Source: Eutreptiella sp. 'Long Island Sound 2002'
Taxonomy: Eukaryota > Protista > Euglenida
Direction of reading: 5' to 3'
DNA: 64,000 nt
NCBI GenBank assembly: GCA_964036045.1
Contig: OZ038378.1
Location: forward strand, 187,674,001-187,738,000
This document shows positions 24,101 through 34,268 of the stretch, piece after piece. The notes under the pieces are model-generated. The model was not told the DNA's origin. It made no database searches and saw only the letters and a list, made by a program, of their open reading frames with translations. Positions within the stretch are counted from its first letter, which is position 1. Every line of letters starts with the position of its first letter. The position numbers and the translations under genes are program-made.

Positions 24101-24130
24101 ATTTTCTGAAGGTCTAATTTTTTTTTGCAG
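24101..24130 (+). other. Degenerate spliced-leader-like sequence merged with a poly-T acceptor
   Basis: ATTTTCTGAAGGTCTAATTTTTTTTTGCAG; 20 of 26 positions match the euglenid SL ACTTTCTGAGTGTCTATTTTTTTTCG as I recall it; 31 nt before ATG 24162. Confidence 0.4.
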
Positions 24131-24161
24131 TGTTGTCATTGGTTCACCATCATTATAAATA

Positions 24162-24917
24162 ATGGTGCGTGGCATTTTGGTCACAACCAGTGGCCAATGG
24201 TTGGATTTTGATTATGAAAAGCATAACTTGGCAGAGACAATTGCAATGAAGTTGGCTGGTGCGTTGGAGAAGCAGATGTTGATTGGATGTAAGTTGATGG
24301 AGCAATACACTGAAGTTGGCTACTGGATCCGCATCTTCTTTGTGGTCACAGCCACTGATGAGAACATGCCCATCAACAAGACTGCCACAAAGTTATGGGG
24401 CAAAGGTGTCGTCAAGGGGCCCATTGCTTTGGTCAATGAGGAGTACGTGCAGCCGACAGATTTTGAAAATGATGACCTGGAACTCCTGCTGAAGGTGTGC
24501 AGTCAGATCCCCATTAAAACTTCCCAAGAACAACAGGATACATTACAGCAGCGTCCAGGATTGTACAATGATGTTGGGATGGCCCGCAACCGCAAGCCAT
24601 CACTGCAGCAGCTGGCTGCAGAGCGAGTCCTCGGAGGTTATGGATGCGCCAACCAAGCTTGCCCCATGCCAGCTGTGGCGCAGTCAGCGGAGGATAGCAA
24701 GCGCACAGGGAAGAGTGCCAAGAGCAAGGGGTCTGCTGCCGTAGCTGGAGCCCTCAGTCCGCAGCTGATGACGTGCTCGCAGTGTTACCGTGCGGAGTAT
24801 TGCTCTCGGGATTGTCAGGTTGCACACTGGGCTGTCCACAAAAAGACGTGCCCAAAAATACCAATTGACAAGTTGGAGGAGGATACGCTGGTGTGTGTGC
24901 GGGCTGGCCTGCGGTGA
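24162..24917 (+). CDS. MYND zinc-finger protein with N-terminal DUF3846-like domain, intronless, 251 aa
   Basis: CANQAC...CSQCYRAEYCSRDCQVAHWAVHKKTC is a MYND finger. The N-terminal NMPINKTATKLWGKGVVKGPIALV resembles the DUF3846 core from memory. Poly-T CAG acceptor upstream. Confidence 0.8.
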   Translation: MVRGILVTTSGQWLDFDYEKHNLAETIAMKLAGALEKQMLIGCKLMEQYTEVGYWIRIFFVVTATDENMPINKTATKLWGKGVVKGPIALVNEEYVQPTDFENDDLELLLKVCSQIPIKTSQEQQDTLQQRPGLYNDVGMARNRKPSLQQLAAERVLGGYGCANQACPMPAVAQSAEDSKRTGKSAKSKGSAAVAGALSPQLMTCSQCYRAEYCSRDCQVAHWAVHKKTCPKIPIDKLEEDTLVCVRAGLR

Positions 24918-26372
24918 AAGTTGCCCTCTGAATTTCCCCCATGCATGAAGCATCTCAGGTGAGGCACAGCTGGCCCCTGTGTCTCCTCATTTGCCAATGG
25001 TGCCATGGCATTGGGCTTTCTTCATGACAAAACGGAGCGTTGCTGGTTGTGATGGAGCCAGGCAGTGAGATTCTATGCACTTCTGTCAGCTCGGTTGCTT
25101 GTCCTTCGATTGAATCAAAAAGGAAGGAAAACGGGTGAGAGCAGGGGCTGCTCTGAGAGACCGCACAGAAGAGGTCACAAGCGACCACTGATGGTGGAGA
25201 CTGCACATATGAACACCGGCAACCAAAATCGCGGGACTCTTCACGGAGGGGTTGTTGTATTTGCGGGGACTGGAGGTCTAGCTTAACGCCTTCAAACCAC
25301 CCGTTCGTCGTCGTAGTGCAGCACAAAGGCAGCATGGGCTACGACGGTGTCACATGCATCCAACGGACCGCTTTGGTGTTGCTTGGAAGAACTGTGTGGT
25401 TTTCTGACCTTTGTCCATTTCAGCTCAGTAGAAAAAGCTTCACAGGAGGTGGAAAGTAATACACTTACAAATTAGGACAACAATCACACTAATAGGCAAC
25501 AGGGCACAGGAGCCCCTTGCGTTTTGACCTCTGCTATATCCCATTCACCCTCACCCCGCTCATTGCCTGTCCCCTATCACGCGCACAAATCTACATATCA
25601 ACGTGGCAGTCTCCTCATGGCAATCTTTACTTTGACTGGGCCTTTGAGCAGCTCCAACTAAAAGGGACGCAACAGGTTCAGGCTGTGTCAAATCTGGCAC
25701 ACAGAGCTGCCCAGCACAAGAGAGGGAAAATCAAAGAAAACCCAACAAATTGAAAATCACAACCACAAATGTTGATGTTTGCGAAGGACTCAGATCGCAG
25801 ACAGCAGTCCATGACACGACAGAAGTGGGGAGAGGCGGATGGGGGCACCATAGAATCTCACGTTTTTTTTTCATTTAACCAGTTTGACCAACCGTTCAGC
25901 CTGGCTCATGAGGCAAGAAGCCACTGCAACTGCAACTTTGCTTGCACCACAGCAATAACAACTTCAACCACGACTAAACATCCACTGCTGCTACCGGACC
26001 TCAACCTCTCGCCCCCCCTCCCAGCCACCTCCTGGAGTAGCAGCAGCAGTTGCAGTTGTGTGGTATGGATGTTTTACTCTTCTCTACGGATCGGGTATGG
26101 ATGGTGGGCAGGGATACGTGTATGGTGGTTGGGGGGGGGGAGGGGGGGGGGGCAAGAGAAATCCATCTCGGGCTGTCCCCTGGCACTGATTTGAGGGTAA
26201 ATGGGATATGGAATGGGGCAACAGGTACTAGATCCGTCTCATGTGCTCATGATAGGACCTACCAAGGCGCATTTCATTGTCATGGCATGCATCTCAAGGA
26301 GGTCTATCGATATGAGGCTTGCGATAACCTTATATATGTGTACTGTGTACATGGTTTGCGTCACCACTATTA

Positions 26373-26472
26373 CCCCCCCCTTGCGCAAGCATGGGGTTGT
26401 CTAAGCACGGGGACCCCGTCTGAATGTTGTTGTCCTGACTTTCACCGTGCCTGCGCACGGGGGAGGGTGGGG
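26373..26472. mobile_element. 100-bp TA-flanked poly-C/poly-G TIR mini-element
   Basis: TA|C8-TTGCGCAAGCATGGGGTTGTCTAAGCACGGGGACCCC ... CCGTGCCTGCGCACGGGGGAGGGTGGGG|TA; the left end closely matches the element at 34269. Confidence 0.65.
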
Positions 26473-27605
26473 TAAGTGCTATACGGTCCGGCATGTTCTG
26501 CCACTCTGAGGTTATCAGTGGGGCAGCAGACCTTGTGCCTACCAACCCTGTAGCATGTGAGGGGTAGATGTATGTACTCAAATAGTGGAGGGTAATTTGC
26601 AGATAGCCAGATTCAAACCCGAAACAAATGTTCCTAATTCAAGGTGCCTAACCACTAAGGTGACTGCTAGTGGTGGGGTCCGAACATGACCATCTCCGCG
26701 TGTCACTCAGTGGCATAGTGTGAGAATCGAATCCGTGGCGAGAAACCTCTGAGTTTATGCCTTTGACCACTGAACTATGGGAGTACCCTCTACCATTTTG
26801 GGGTTACGCGCTGTGTTTTGAACGACTTGTGTGGCAGCTCGCACTGTCTTTTTCGCTTGTCTGTTTGTCATGTGTGTTGCCTCATAGTTGCGTCCAATCG
26901 AGACATATGGGGCCCATGGTTGTGGGGAACCCTACGATGCTTCCCCTGCCATGGCCCAGGTATGATGCACCGTGGGAAAGACTGCCACAAGTGTGCACAT
27001 GGTGCACATGTTGACCAAGCTGGTGGGGAAGGGACTGATGTGCACTACTTGAAGTAGCTCAATAAGGACCCCGAACAAGGAACTCCATGAAAGACCATGG
27101 GACCCAATAAAGGACCCCGCTATGAGATCCCTTGAAGAACCCCCAAAGTACCCCGCTCAAACAGCCTCGTGAAGGACCACCCTAAAGACCCCTTGATGGA
27201 CCCCCTTGAGAGACCCCCCTGAACTTGGGCGGTCATAGTGGGGCGGCCTAGGGAAATGCTCTTTCGGACCCGTCGGGCGGCAATCGTCGTCAGCGTAGTG
27301 TCAGTCCCTGGTGAAATGGCTCAGTACATGTTGTGTTCCGCTGTGGTGTACCTGTCTTATGAGTCCGGCCCTCCACGGGTCGATCATCTTGATGAAGTAG
27401 CCGGAGCGGTGTACTGCGGCGAGAGGCAAGAGGTAACCCAGATCAGCCTCCCTACGGGCCCACATTCAAAAACACCCACAACCACAACAGTAGCAGCAGC
27501 AGCAACAATCGCCAAAACACCACCACAACGTAAAAGGTAAATGTAAAACAACATAAAACACAATCTCACCAGCATTCAGCTTGACATTCGCCTGCATTGT
27601 AAGTA

Positions 27606-27978
27606 CCCCCCCCCCCCTTGTCCTAGCTACGCCCTTGTCCAAGCTACAGTGGGCGTAGGGACCGTATTAATTTTTCTTCTGGGACCTAATTTAATTCGGT
27701 ACCAAATGTAGTGCAGCCACATAAGACATGGGTTTGGTGACGAATTTGCCAGCTACATAGGGTCATGGACACATTTGTTGTGAGTGTTTGCCCACTTGAA
27801 CCCACATAGCTCTGATTTTGAGGATATTTCTGCACCATATCCCCCCATGCGCTCACTCACGTGTGTGTCGGTAGTTGTATGTGTCGCGCGCAAGCTACGC
27901 CCTTGTCCAAGCTACAGTAGGCGTAGGGACCGTATTAATTTGGGATTTTTGTGTAGCTAGGACAAGGGGGGGACGGGG
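27606..27978. mobile_element. 373-bp TA-flanked MITE with poly-C/poly-G TIRs and subterminal direct repeats
   Basis: TA|C12-TTGTCCTAGCTAC ... GTAGCTAGGACAA-G7-ACGGGG|TA; 49-bp direct repeat at 27625-27673 and 27893-27941 (one mismatch). Confidence 0.8.
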
Positions 27979-30113
27979 TAGTGAAAATAGTGTTATCTTG
28001 GCGGTGGCAGGTGCTGTGCTTTCTGGCACAATTGGCTGGTTTTGGTGCATTGGCTTGTTTCTTTCTCTCTGGTGTTCGTTGGTGTGGCTCCCCCCACTCT
28101 GCCTCGTATTTCTATCCTGGAAATCTGTTTCATCACAATGCACAATTAACAACATGTCTATTTCTAGGCGGCAACAAATTTATTCCCCTGATTTTAATGC
28201 TGGAACCAAATGACAATTGTGTGAAGGCACAAGCATCCACAGGGGGCGATTTGGAGCCCACCCACTGGCCTGACACTGCCTTACATGATTTGGAGTATCC
28301 TCCACACACAACTGGAGGGGTTGGGGGTTATGCGATGTGCATATTCCCACATATTCTTGCATTTTTTGTGCATACATCTCAGGGGTCTGCTTTAATGATA
28401 GCAGTGCACCAAAGGGGGGACAAGAGCATGTGGGTGCCGAAAGTAACGCAATTTTTTTTGAGGGGGTTACAAAATTCAGCACCATTGTAGGGGAAAGTGG
28501 AGGAATTATGTGAAAGTTTAAAAGGGGAGGGGGGGGCTGGTTCGAATCCAGATACCCCCCCCCTCCAGACCCCCAGAAATTGTCGTACTCGCCTTTCTGC
28601 AATTCGAGATTGGGGGAAACTGCTGGCGCCCCAGGCGCCGAAGCATTTTTTTCGGCCTCTGGGAGGGGGTAAAAGGTTTGTTTACCCTATTTGTTCATAC
28701 TCAAATTGCTCAGGTTTTTGTGGAGAGTTCAAAAATGGGTAAAAAACATGAAGTAAAAATGACCTCGACCCCACCTGCAGGTTGGACCTTGGCTGCTGGG
28801 AGCCCTGGAAAAAAAATGTGTGAAAAAATTTTTCGCCCCACTTGTGTATGCTCAAAATGATCAGCGTCTCATGAGGATAATTTTGAGGTACGTATGTGGG
28901 GTACCCACCAACAGCCCACCACCACCCCCACCCCTTGGACACCCCAAAACAATGCACTGAGAGAGTTTTAGCGATGACCATATGCCTGTAACATGGGGGA
29001 CGCTGGGTGTCCGCTGTCGGCAGCTCGGCCGGCAGCTCGCACCTCAGTGCACTTGAAGCGGGGACCTTGAGCTGTGTGACAAGGGAGCTGGGGACCTACA
29101 CTAACATACAGGATATGCTTCTAGTGATTCACAAGGGTAGAAACACACACAATGCACTTGGAACAACGTGTGAGGGCTTGTTGTTTGATTTTCTGAGATT
29201 GGGATTTTCAGAATGGTACAGCCTGGCACGGTGTGCATGCAGCACCTACAATGCCCCTCTACACTGCACCTACACTTGTAAATACCCTTCAACTGCAATA
29301 GCAAAGGCAACAATGCCACAACCACAATTGCATGCATCTCCGAGCCCATGCAAGTGCTACAACCAGTGCTCCTATGGAGGGAGGCCCTGAATTTCACCGC
29401 ACCACCTATCCTTCCACACATGATGGCCCTCGCTCACCCTCAGGAAGCGGCCCTTATAGCATTGTTGTGGCCCCTTGCCATATGCTGCTTCCCCTCCTTG
29501 AGTGCCTGCATGTTTTCCTCCTTGCACACGTCAATTAGCAAAGCCAACATCCCAACAGACCTTCTCAACACACCAACCGCCTTGGCCCAAGGAGGCCACA
29601 AGTTGGCTGTATATAGAGTCCAGGAGAGCGAAGCAAGAGCTATAGTGGAAGGCACATGAGTTGAGTCCTACGTGCCCTCTCCGTCCTCTGCACAACACCG
29701 CCCTCATGGCTCTCTCCTATTTTGCCTGCATGCACTGAGAGTGAATAGGGGAGCGGCTGTGTCCGTTCGTCTAGAGCACTGGCAGATTCATATGTACTGA
29801 TTGCTCTGGCCCACCTCTCGCTGTGTGAGGGGCGTGGCTTCATAACCAATACTTCTACTGGGGCAAGGCGCTTATCGAACTCGATGCCGAACTATTTCAT
29901 CAAAAAAGGGGGGCGGGGGGGGGGGCACATGAGTTGAACCTCCATCAGAAGGCAAGGGGGGGGGGGGGATCCGGGTTACCAGGAGGTAGAACCTAGGACC
30001 CCACCACCCCACCATTGGTTAGGGGGGTTCATGGGTCTAGGTCAACGCATAGTGGCTGCAATTGGCAACCCAAGTTTTGCAAGCCCTGCCACAAATGGCC
30101 GCTTCGCAGAACT

Positions 30114-30132
30114 ACTTTCTGAGTGTCTATTT
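30114..30132 (+). other. Spliced-leader relic (19-nt exact match to the euglenid SL)
   Basis: ACTTTCTGAGTGTCTATTT; not followed by the TTTTTCG-GT exon/intron junction expected of an SL RNA gene. Confidence 0.7.
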
Positions 30133-31068
30133 CTCATCTTGGGCACCCACATTTTTCTCTTTGCATTTTGGTATTACGGTGCGGGTCTTTGAGGGTGCAA
30201 CTCCAAGTAGAGCTGTGCATGGGGGCATATTGCGCGGTGTGCCTGCGTTGTACACGCTGTGCACAAAGTTTGTGCAGGACCATACCAAAGGTAGGTATGT
30301 AGGTATCTTTGGGAGCTCAAGATGCCTCTTTTGGCATTGCAAGAAGAAGGACTTACCAATGGGGCGACCACCCCTCCCACTGTTGTATGGAATTCACCTC
30401 ACAAAGCCGCTTCTTCATGTGACTTGGTGTAGCTAGGGTAAGGCATATGCACATAAGGGTGTCACGGAATGTCCCCAAAAGACAATCCCAAAGCCCCTTG
30501 AGGGCCCATAAAGCCCACAAGTGTCTTCAGACATACATAGGGAAATCCTAACCAATTCCCAGTGAATGTTTATAGAGGATTTGTATAAAAGGATTTCTGA
30601 ACCCTATTATGCATTTCAAAGGATTACTCTATTCCCAACTGTCCACTGCTAGCGTCATGTCAAATGTCCCACTGCAGTTTCTCACTTTGCTCTGAATGCG
30701 GTCTAGTATTATTGGGGCACTATTCAATGGGCGTTGAGTTGACGGATAGTTTGCACACTGTTTGCACTATTTCAATGGGCTTCGAGTTGACAGGTTTGGG
30801 CAAGAACATTGGTAATTGCCCTAAAGCTCCCCAATTTCTCCCTGTAAAATGCGTGCTGTGCACGTGCTGTGTGTGCTGTGCGCGCGCTGTGCACAAACGC
30901 CCCCTATTTCACTGCAAGCCTTCACATGCCCGAAAGAGTTGCATCTCTTGCCTGCATTTGGCATTCCTGGAACTTTGCCCATGCATGCAATTGGAGGAGA
31001 GCTTGGAACATCCACTGCCTTTATTGTCCATGTGCTGCAGACATGTCTGATTCTGGCATCTGGTGGCC

Positions 31069-32886
31069 ATGAATGTGGACCAAGTTACGTCGCAGCAACA
31101 GTGCATTCAGTATTTGTGCAACAAACATGGCCAGACCATGTCCCCCAATGAGATCCGTGACACGGTCCTCCTGTACCTCAACAACACGTGGGAGAGGCCA
31201 CACTTCTCGACCGTAGCTGCAGAGTTGGACACGAAATTGGACTACTTCAGCGAAGTCGATCACGCCACATCTGCAGTGGCACTGCAAGACTACAAAGTGG
31301 TCCCCTGTGTGTCGCAGGCAGAGGCCTTGAGGAAGCTGCTCAACTCGGTCCCTGCAAAGAACCACTATCTCCGCACCTTGAAGCAGATATTTCCCACCTT
31401 TTCGCCCTACGCCCTGCGCACTCAAATCCTGGCCCACAAAAGGCAGCACGTCTGGCGGATCATCCAAGACTTGTTGCAGCCAAATGCGCCGGCGTCCAGG
31501 GGTCGCGCGCGTGCCAGCACGAGCACCAGCTCTCAGAGCGTGCGCAGGCACGAGCAGTTCCGGTCGGAGGAGTACAAAAAGGGGGCGGAGGACTGTCTCT
31601 GCAACGCCTTCCCGCTGCTGTGGACTTCTCAGATCGCAGCTATTCTGGAGGAGTTCAATTTTGACTACTGCGCAGCGCATGAGCAGTGCCACACCATCAA
31701 CAGCACACGCAAAAAGGGATGGCTGGACTGGTGGTCCCGGAAGGAGCGCAGTCCGGTGATCCCTCCCGACCTCCGAGAGGATCTGACGCACCTGCAGACT
31801 TTGCAGGACGGGACTTATGCCGCTCACGTCAACAGGGCTGAGTATGAGGCCGAAGGGCAGCTTCTGGAGTGTGAGTGTTGCTACGACGAGGTGGAGGCTG
31901 AGCAGGTGTGCCCCTGCCTGGCGGGGCATATATTGTGCCGCCGCTGCGTGCGGAAGCATGTCGAGGATGTCGTGTACAGCAGCGGCACGAGTGCAGTCCA
32001 ACCAGTGACATGCTTCTCTTGCGAGGAGCCCTGCCACAGTCCCTTCCCGCAGCCGGCGCTGCTGAACACTCTGGGCCCTGACCTGAGCACCGAATACTTC
32101 CGGAAGCTCGCCGCTGCAGATCTGAAGGCCGCGGGGCTACAGACCATCCAATGCCCCTTCTGTGCAACGCTGCAAGTGCGTCCTCCTGTCGTCCGGAGGG
32201 AGGGGCGCCAGAACGGGCGCTTTGCATTGTCCGTCCTCGGTTTCCATTGCGTTTACCATTGGTTGGGGGCGAAGTACATGTTTGTGCTGCTGCTCTTCAA
32301 CTTTGCGGCATACAGCCTGCGGTTCCACCGCAGGTTCAGGGGAGCGTGGTACCGATTGTCCAAGGTCTATTCTGCCTGGAAGTGCTGGGTCTGGGTCCCA
32401 AGAGCAAGTTCCGCGACGCGTTGCCACAATGCCGATTGCCAGGTTGCCTTCTGCACGTCGTGCTTCGCGGAGGCGCACCATGGGGACTGCCTGGACTTGA
32501 GTCTGAAGGAGGGCACCATGGACGGGCTGCGCACTTACATCGAGGACGCCATGGCTCAGGTCATGATGCGGATCTGCCCGAATTGCCACCTTCAATTCAA
32601 CAAAAGCGACGGCTGCAACAAAATGACGTGCCCCTGCGGGTACACCATGTGCTACCTGTGCCGCGCACCTCTGAAGGACGAGGGCTACCGCCATTTCTGC
32701 CAGCACTTCCGCGTCGTTCCGGGCACGAAGTGCACGGAATGCAATAAATGTGAGTTGTACGGTGACCTGGACTGGGACAAGCGGGTGATGGCTGCGGGGC
32801 AAGCTGCCAAGACGCAGTTCCTGCAGCTGCACCCGCATCTGATCCCCCAGGCAGATCGCCTGAAGATAGGCCAGTACACATTTTGA
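31069..32886 (+). CDS. RBR (RING-IBR-RING) E3 ubiquitin ligase, RNF216/TRIAD3-like, intronless, 605 aa
   Basis: RING1 CECCYDE...CLAGHILCRRC...CFSCEEPC; IBR CPFC...CHNADCQVAFCTSCFAEAHHGDC; RING2 CPNC...KSDGCNKMTCPCGYTMCYLC with the catalytic Cys; C-terminal HFCQHF..CTECNKCELY. First ATG is 31069 (31063 is GTG); acceptor CTGCAG ends at 31040. Confidence 0.9.
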   Translation: MNVDQVTSQQQCIQYLCNKHGQTMSPNEIRDTVLLYLNNTWERPHFSTVAAELDTKLDYFSEVDHATSAVALQDYKVVPCVSQAEALRKLLNSVPAKNHYLRTLKQIFPTFSPYALRTQILAHKRQHVWRIIQDLLQPNAPASRGRARASTSTSSQSVRRHEQFRSEEYKKGAEDCLCNAFPLLWTSQIAAILEEFNFDYCAAHEQCHTINSTRKKGWLDWWSRKERSPVIPPDLREDLTHLQTLQDGTYAAHVNRAEYEAEGQLLECECCYDEVEAEQVCPCLAGHILCRRCVRKHVEDVVYSSGTSAVQPVTCFSCEEPCHSPFPQPALLNTLGPDLSTEYFRKLAAADLKAAGLQTIQCPFCATLQVRPPVVRREGRQNGRFALSVLGFHCVYHWLGAKYMFVLLLFNFAAYSLRFHRRFRGAWYRLSKVYSAWKCWVWVPRASSATRCHNADCQVAFCTSCFAEAHHGDCLDLSLKEGTMDGLRTYIEDAMAQVMMRICPNCHLQFNKSDGCNKMTCPCGYTMCYLCRAPLKDEGYRHFCQHFRVVPGTKCTECNKCELYGDLDWDKRVMAAGQAAKTQFLQLHPHLIPQADRLKIGQYTF

Positions 32887-34268
32887 CCCGAGGGAGGGGC
32901 ATTCTCTGCAGAATGAGGTGTGTATCTTGTAATTTGTGTGATCTTTTTTTTGCGGTAAATGCATGTAACAAAAAAATCGTCACGTCGTGTAATTTTTCTT
33001 GCGGTAAGTCAGCACGCGGGTGGGACCCTGCATGGTGGGTAGGATTGTGCAGAGCACGATGCCACCCTCATCGTCAGTGTTCTAGTTGCAGTTCGAGAGT
33101 ACGATATGGGGGAGCTTTGGGATTCTGCGGTCCAAAAATGCAATCAGATACTGAGCACCACCCTGCCCTGCACGTTTGTCCACCTCCGATACGCTGTTGT
33201 GTGTGCGTTGATGTGACCCCCGACACCTGCTGGGAACGTCCACGCGGCACCCTGCCACGCTCCCTGAACGTGAGATTTGATGGTTCGTTGCCACAAGACT
33301 CAAAAGGAGAATCCTGTTTTTGTTAGGCCTCTTCCAGTCTGTCCCCTGCCCACCCCCGACCCCACCACCCCCGGGTATCTCCGACATGCACAAAATAATT
33401 GCTATGGAGACAAACAGCACCAGAGGCAGACAGTCAGTCAGTCAGTCAGACAGACAGCGTAGACAGAGCCTCCACAAGACTGCCCATATTTGGCAAAGCC
33501 GCTGATTCACTGGAGTGGCTGTCCCCACCTGAGGCCCGGCTCTATACCCCTCCCCATTACCCTCATTCGGCCACAGGGGACAGCCCAGTACTATTTTCTG
33601 ACGCCCTCCTCTGCGATCCGGCCATGCCCCATCCCTTGCCCACATTGAGCGCACTGGGGCAGCCCTGGGTAATATCTGCCGCTCCCTACCCCAAACCCCT
33701 ATCAAAACCCCTCCTTACCCTCATTCTGTGCCAGGGGACAGCCCAGGATGATTTTCTGTTGCAACCCTTGCTAAAATCCTGCCATCCCCACTCCAGTCTT
33801 TCTTATAACTTTTACGGGTACCAAGTGTGTATCCATGTGCATTCAGAAGTCTGTCCAATGTCTGCCCACCTGTCTTTAGGCACCATGCCTACCCCGATGT
33901 CTGCCCACCAGTACATCAGCACCATGAAGCAACCACAATTGAAAGTACTCTGAAAGCCCAAATCCTCCAAACAGGCCTGCCTGTGCGCCTCTTCAAGGAA
34001 CGACCAAGATGTATTTCCATCTTGTTTCCCCTTGTGTCCTGGTTGTCTTCACACATGGGTGCATCGGTTGTGTATCCCCAAACAAAGTTTTATGTGCTGG
34101 GTGTGTGTCCCCAAAAAAAAAAGTGGTGTCAGGAAGCAACAGGGCATATGCTAGAAGAAAGTCTGTCCCACTCCCTGACCCACACTCCACACCAGGCAGT
34201 GCAGAGCGTTTTCTGACCCCCCCCCCCCCCCGCTAGCCCCCCATCCCCAAGCCATACCCCCTTCCTTA

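Noticed and set aside
30114-30230. SL RNA gene
   Set aside because: The SL 3' end and the GT donor are absent, and no neighbouring 5S rRNA or tandem unit was recognised.
31021-32964. Minus-strand ORFs of 338 and 275 aa
   Set aside because: Antisense shadows of the RBR ligase.
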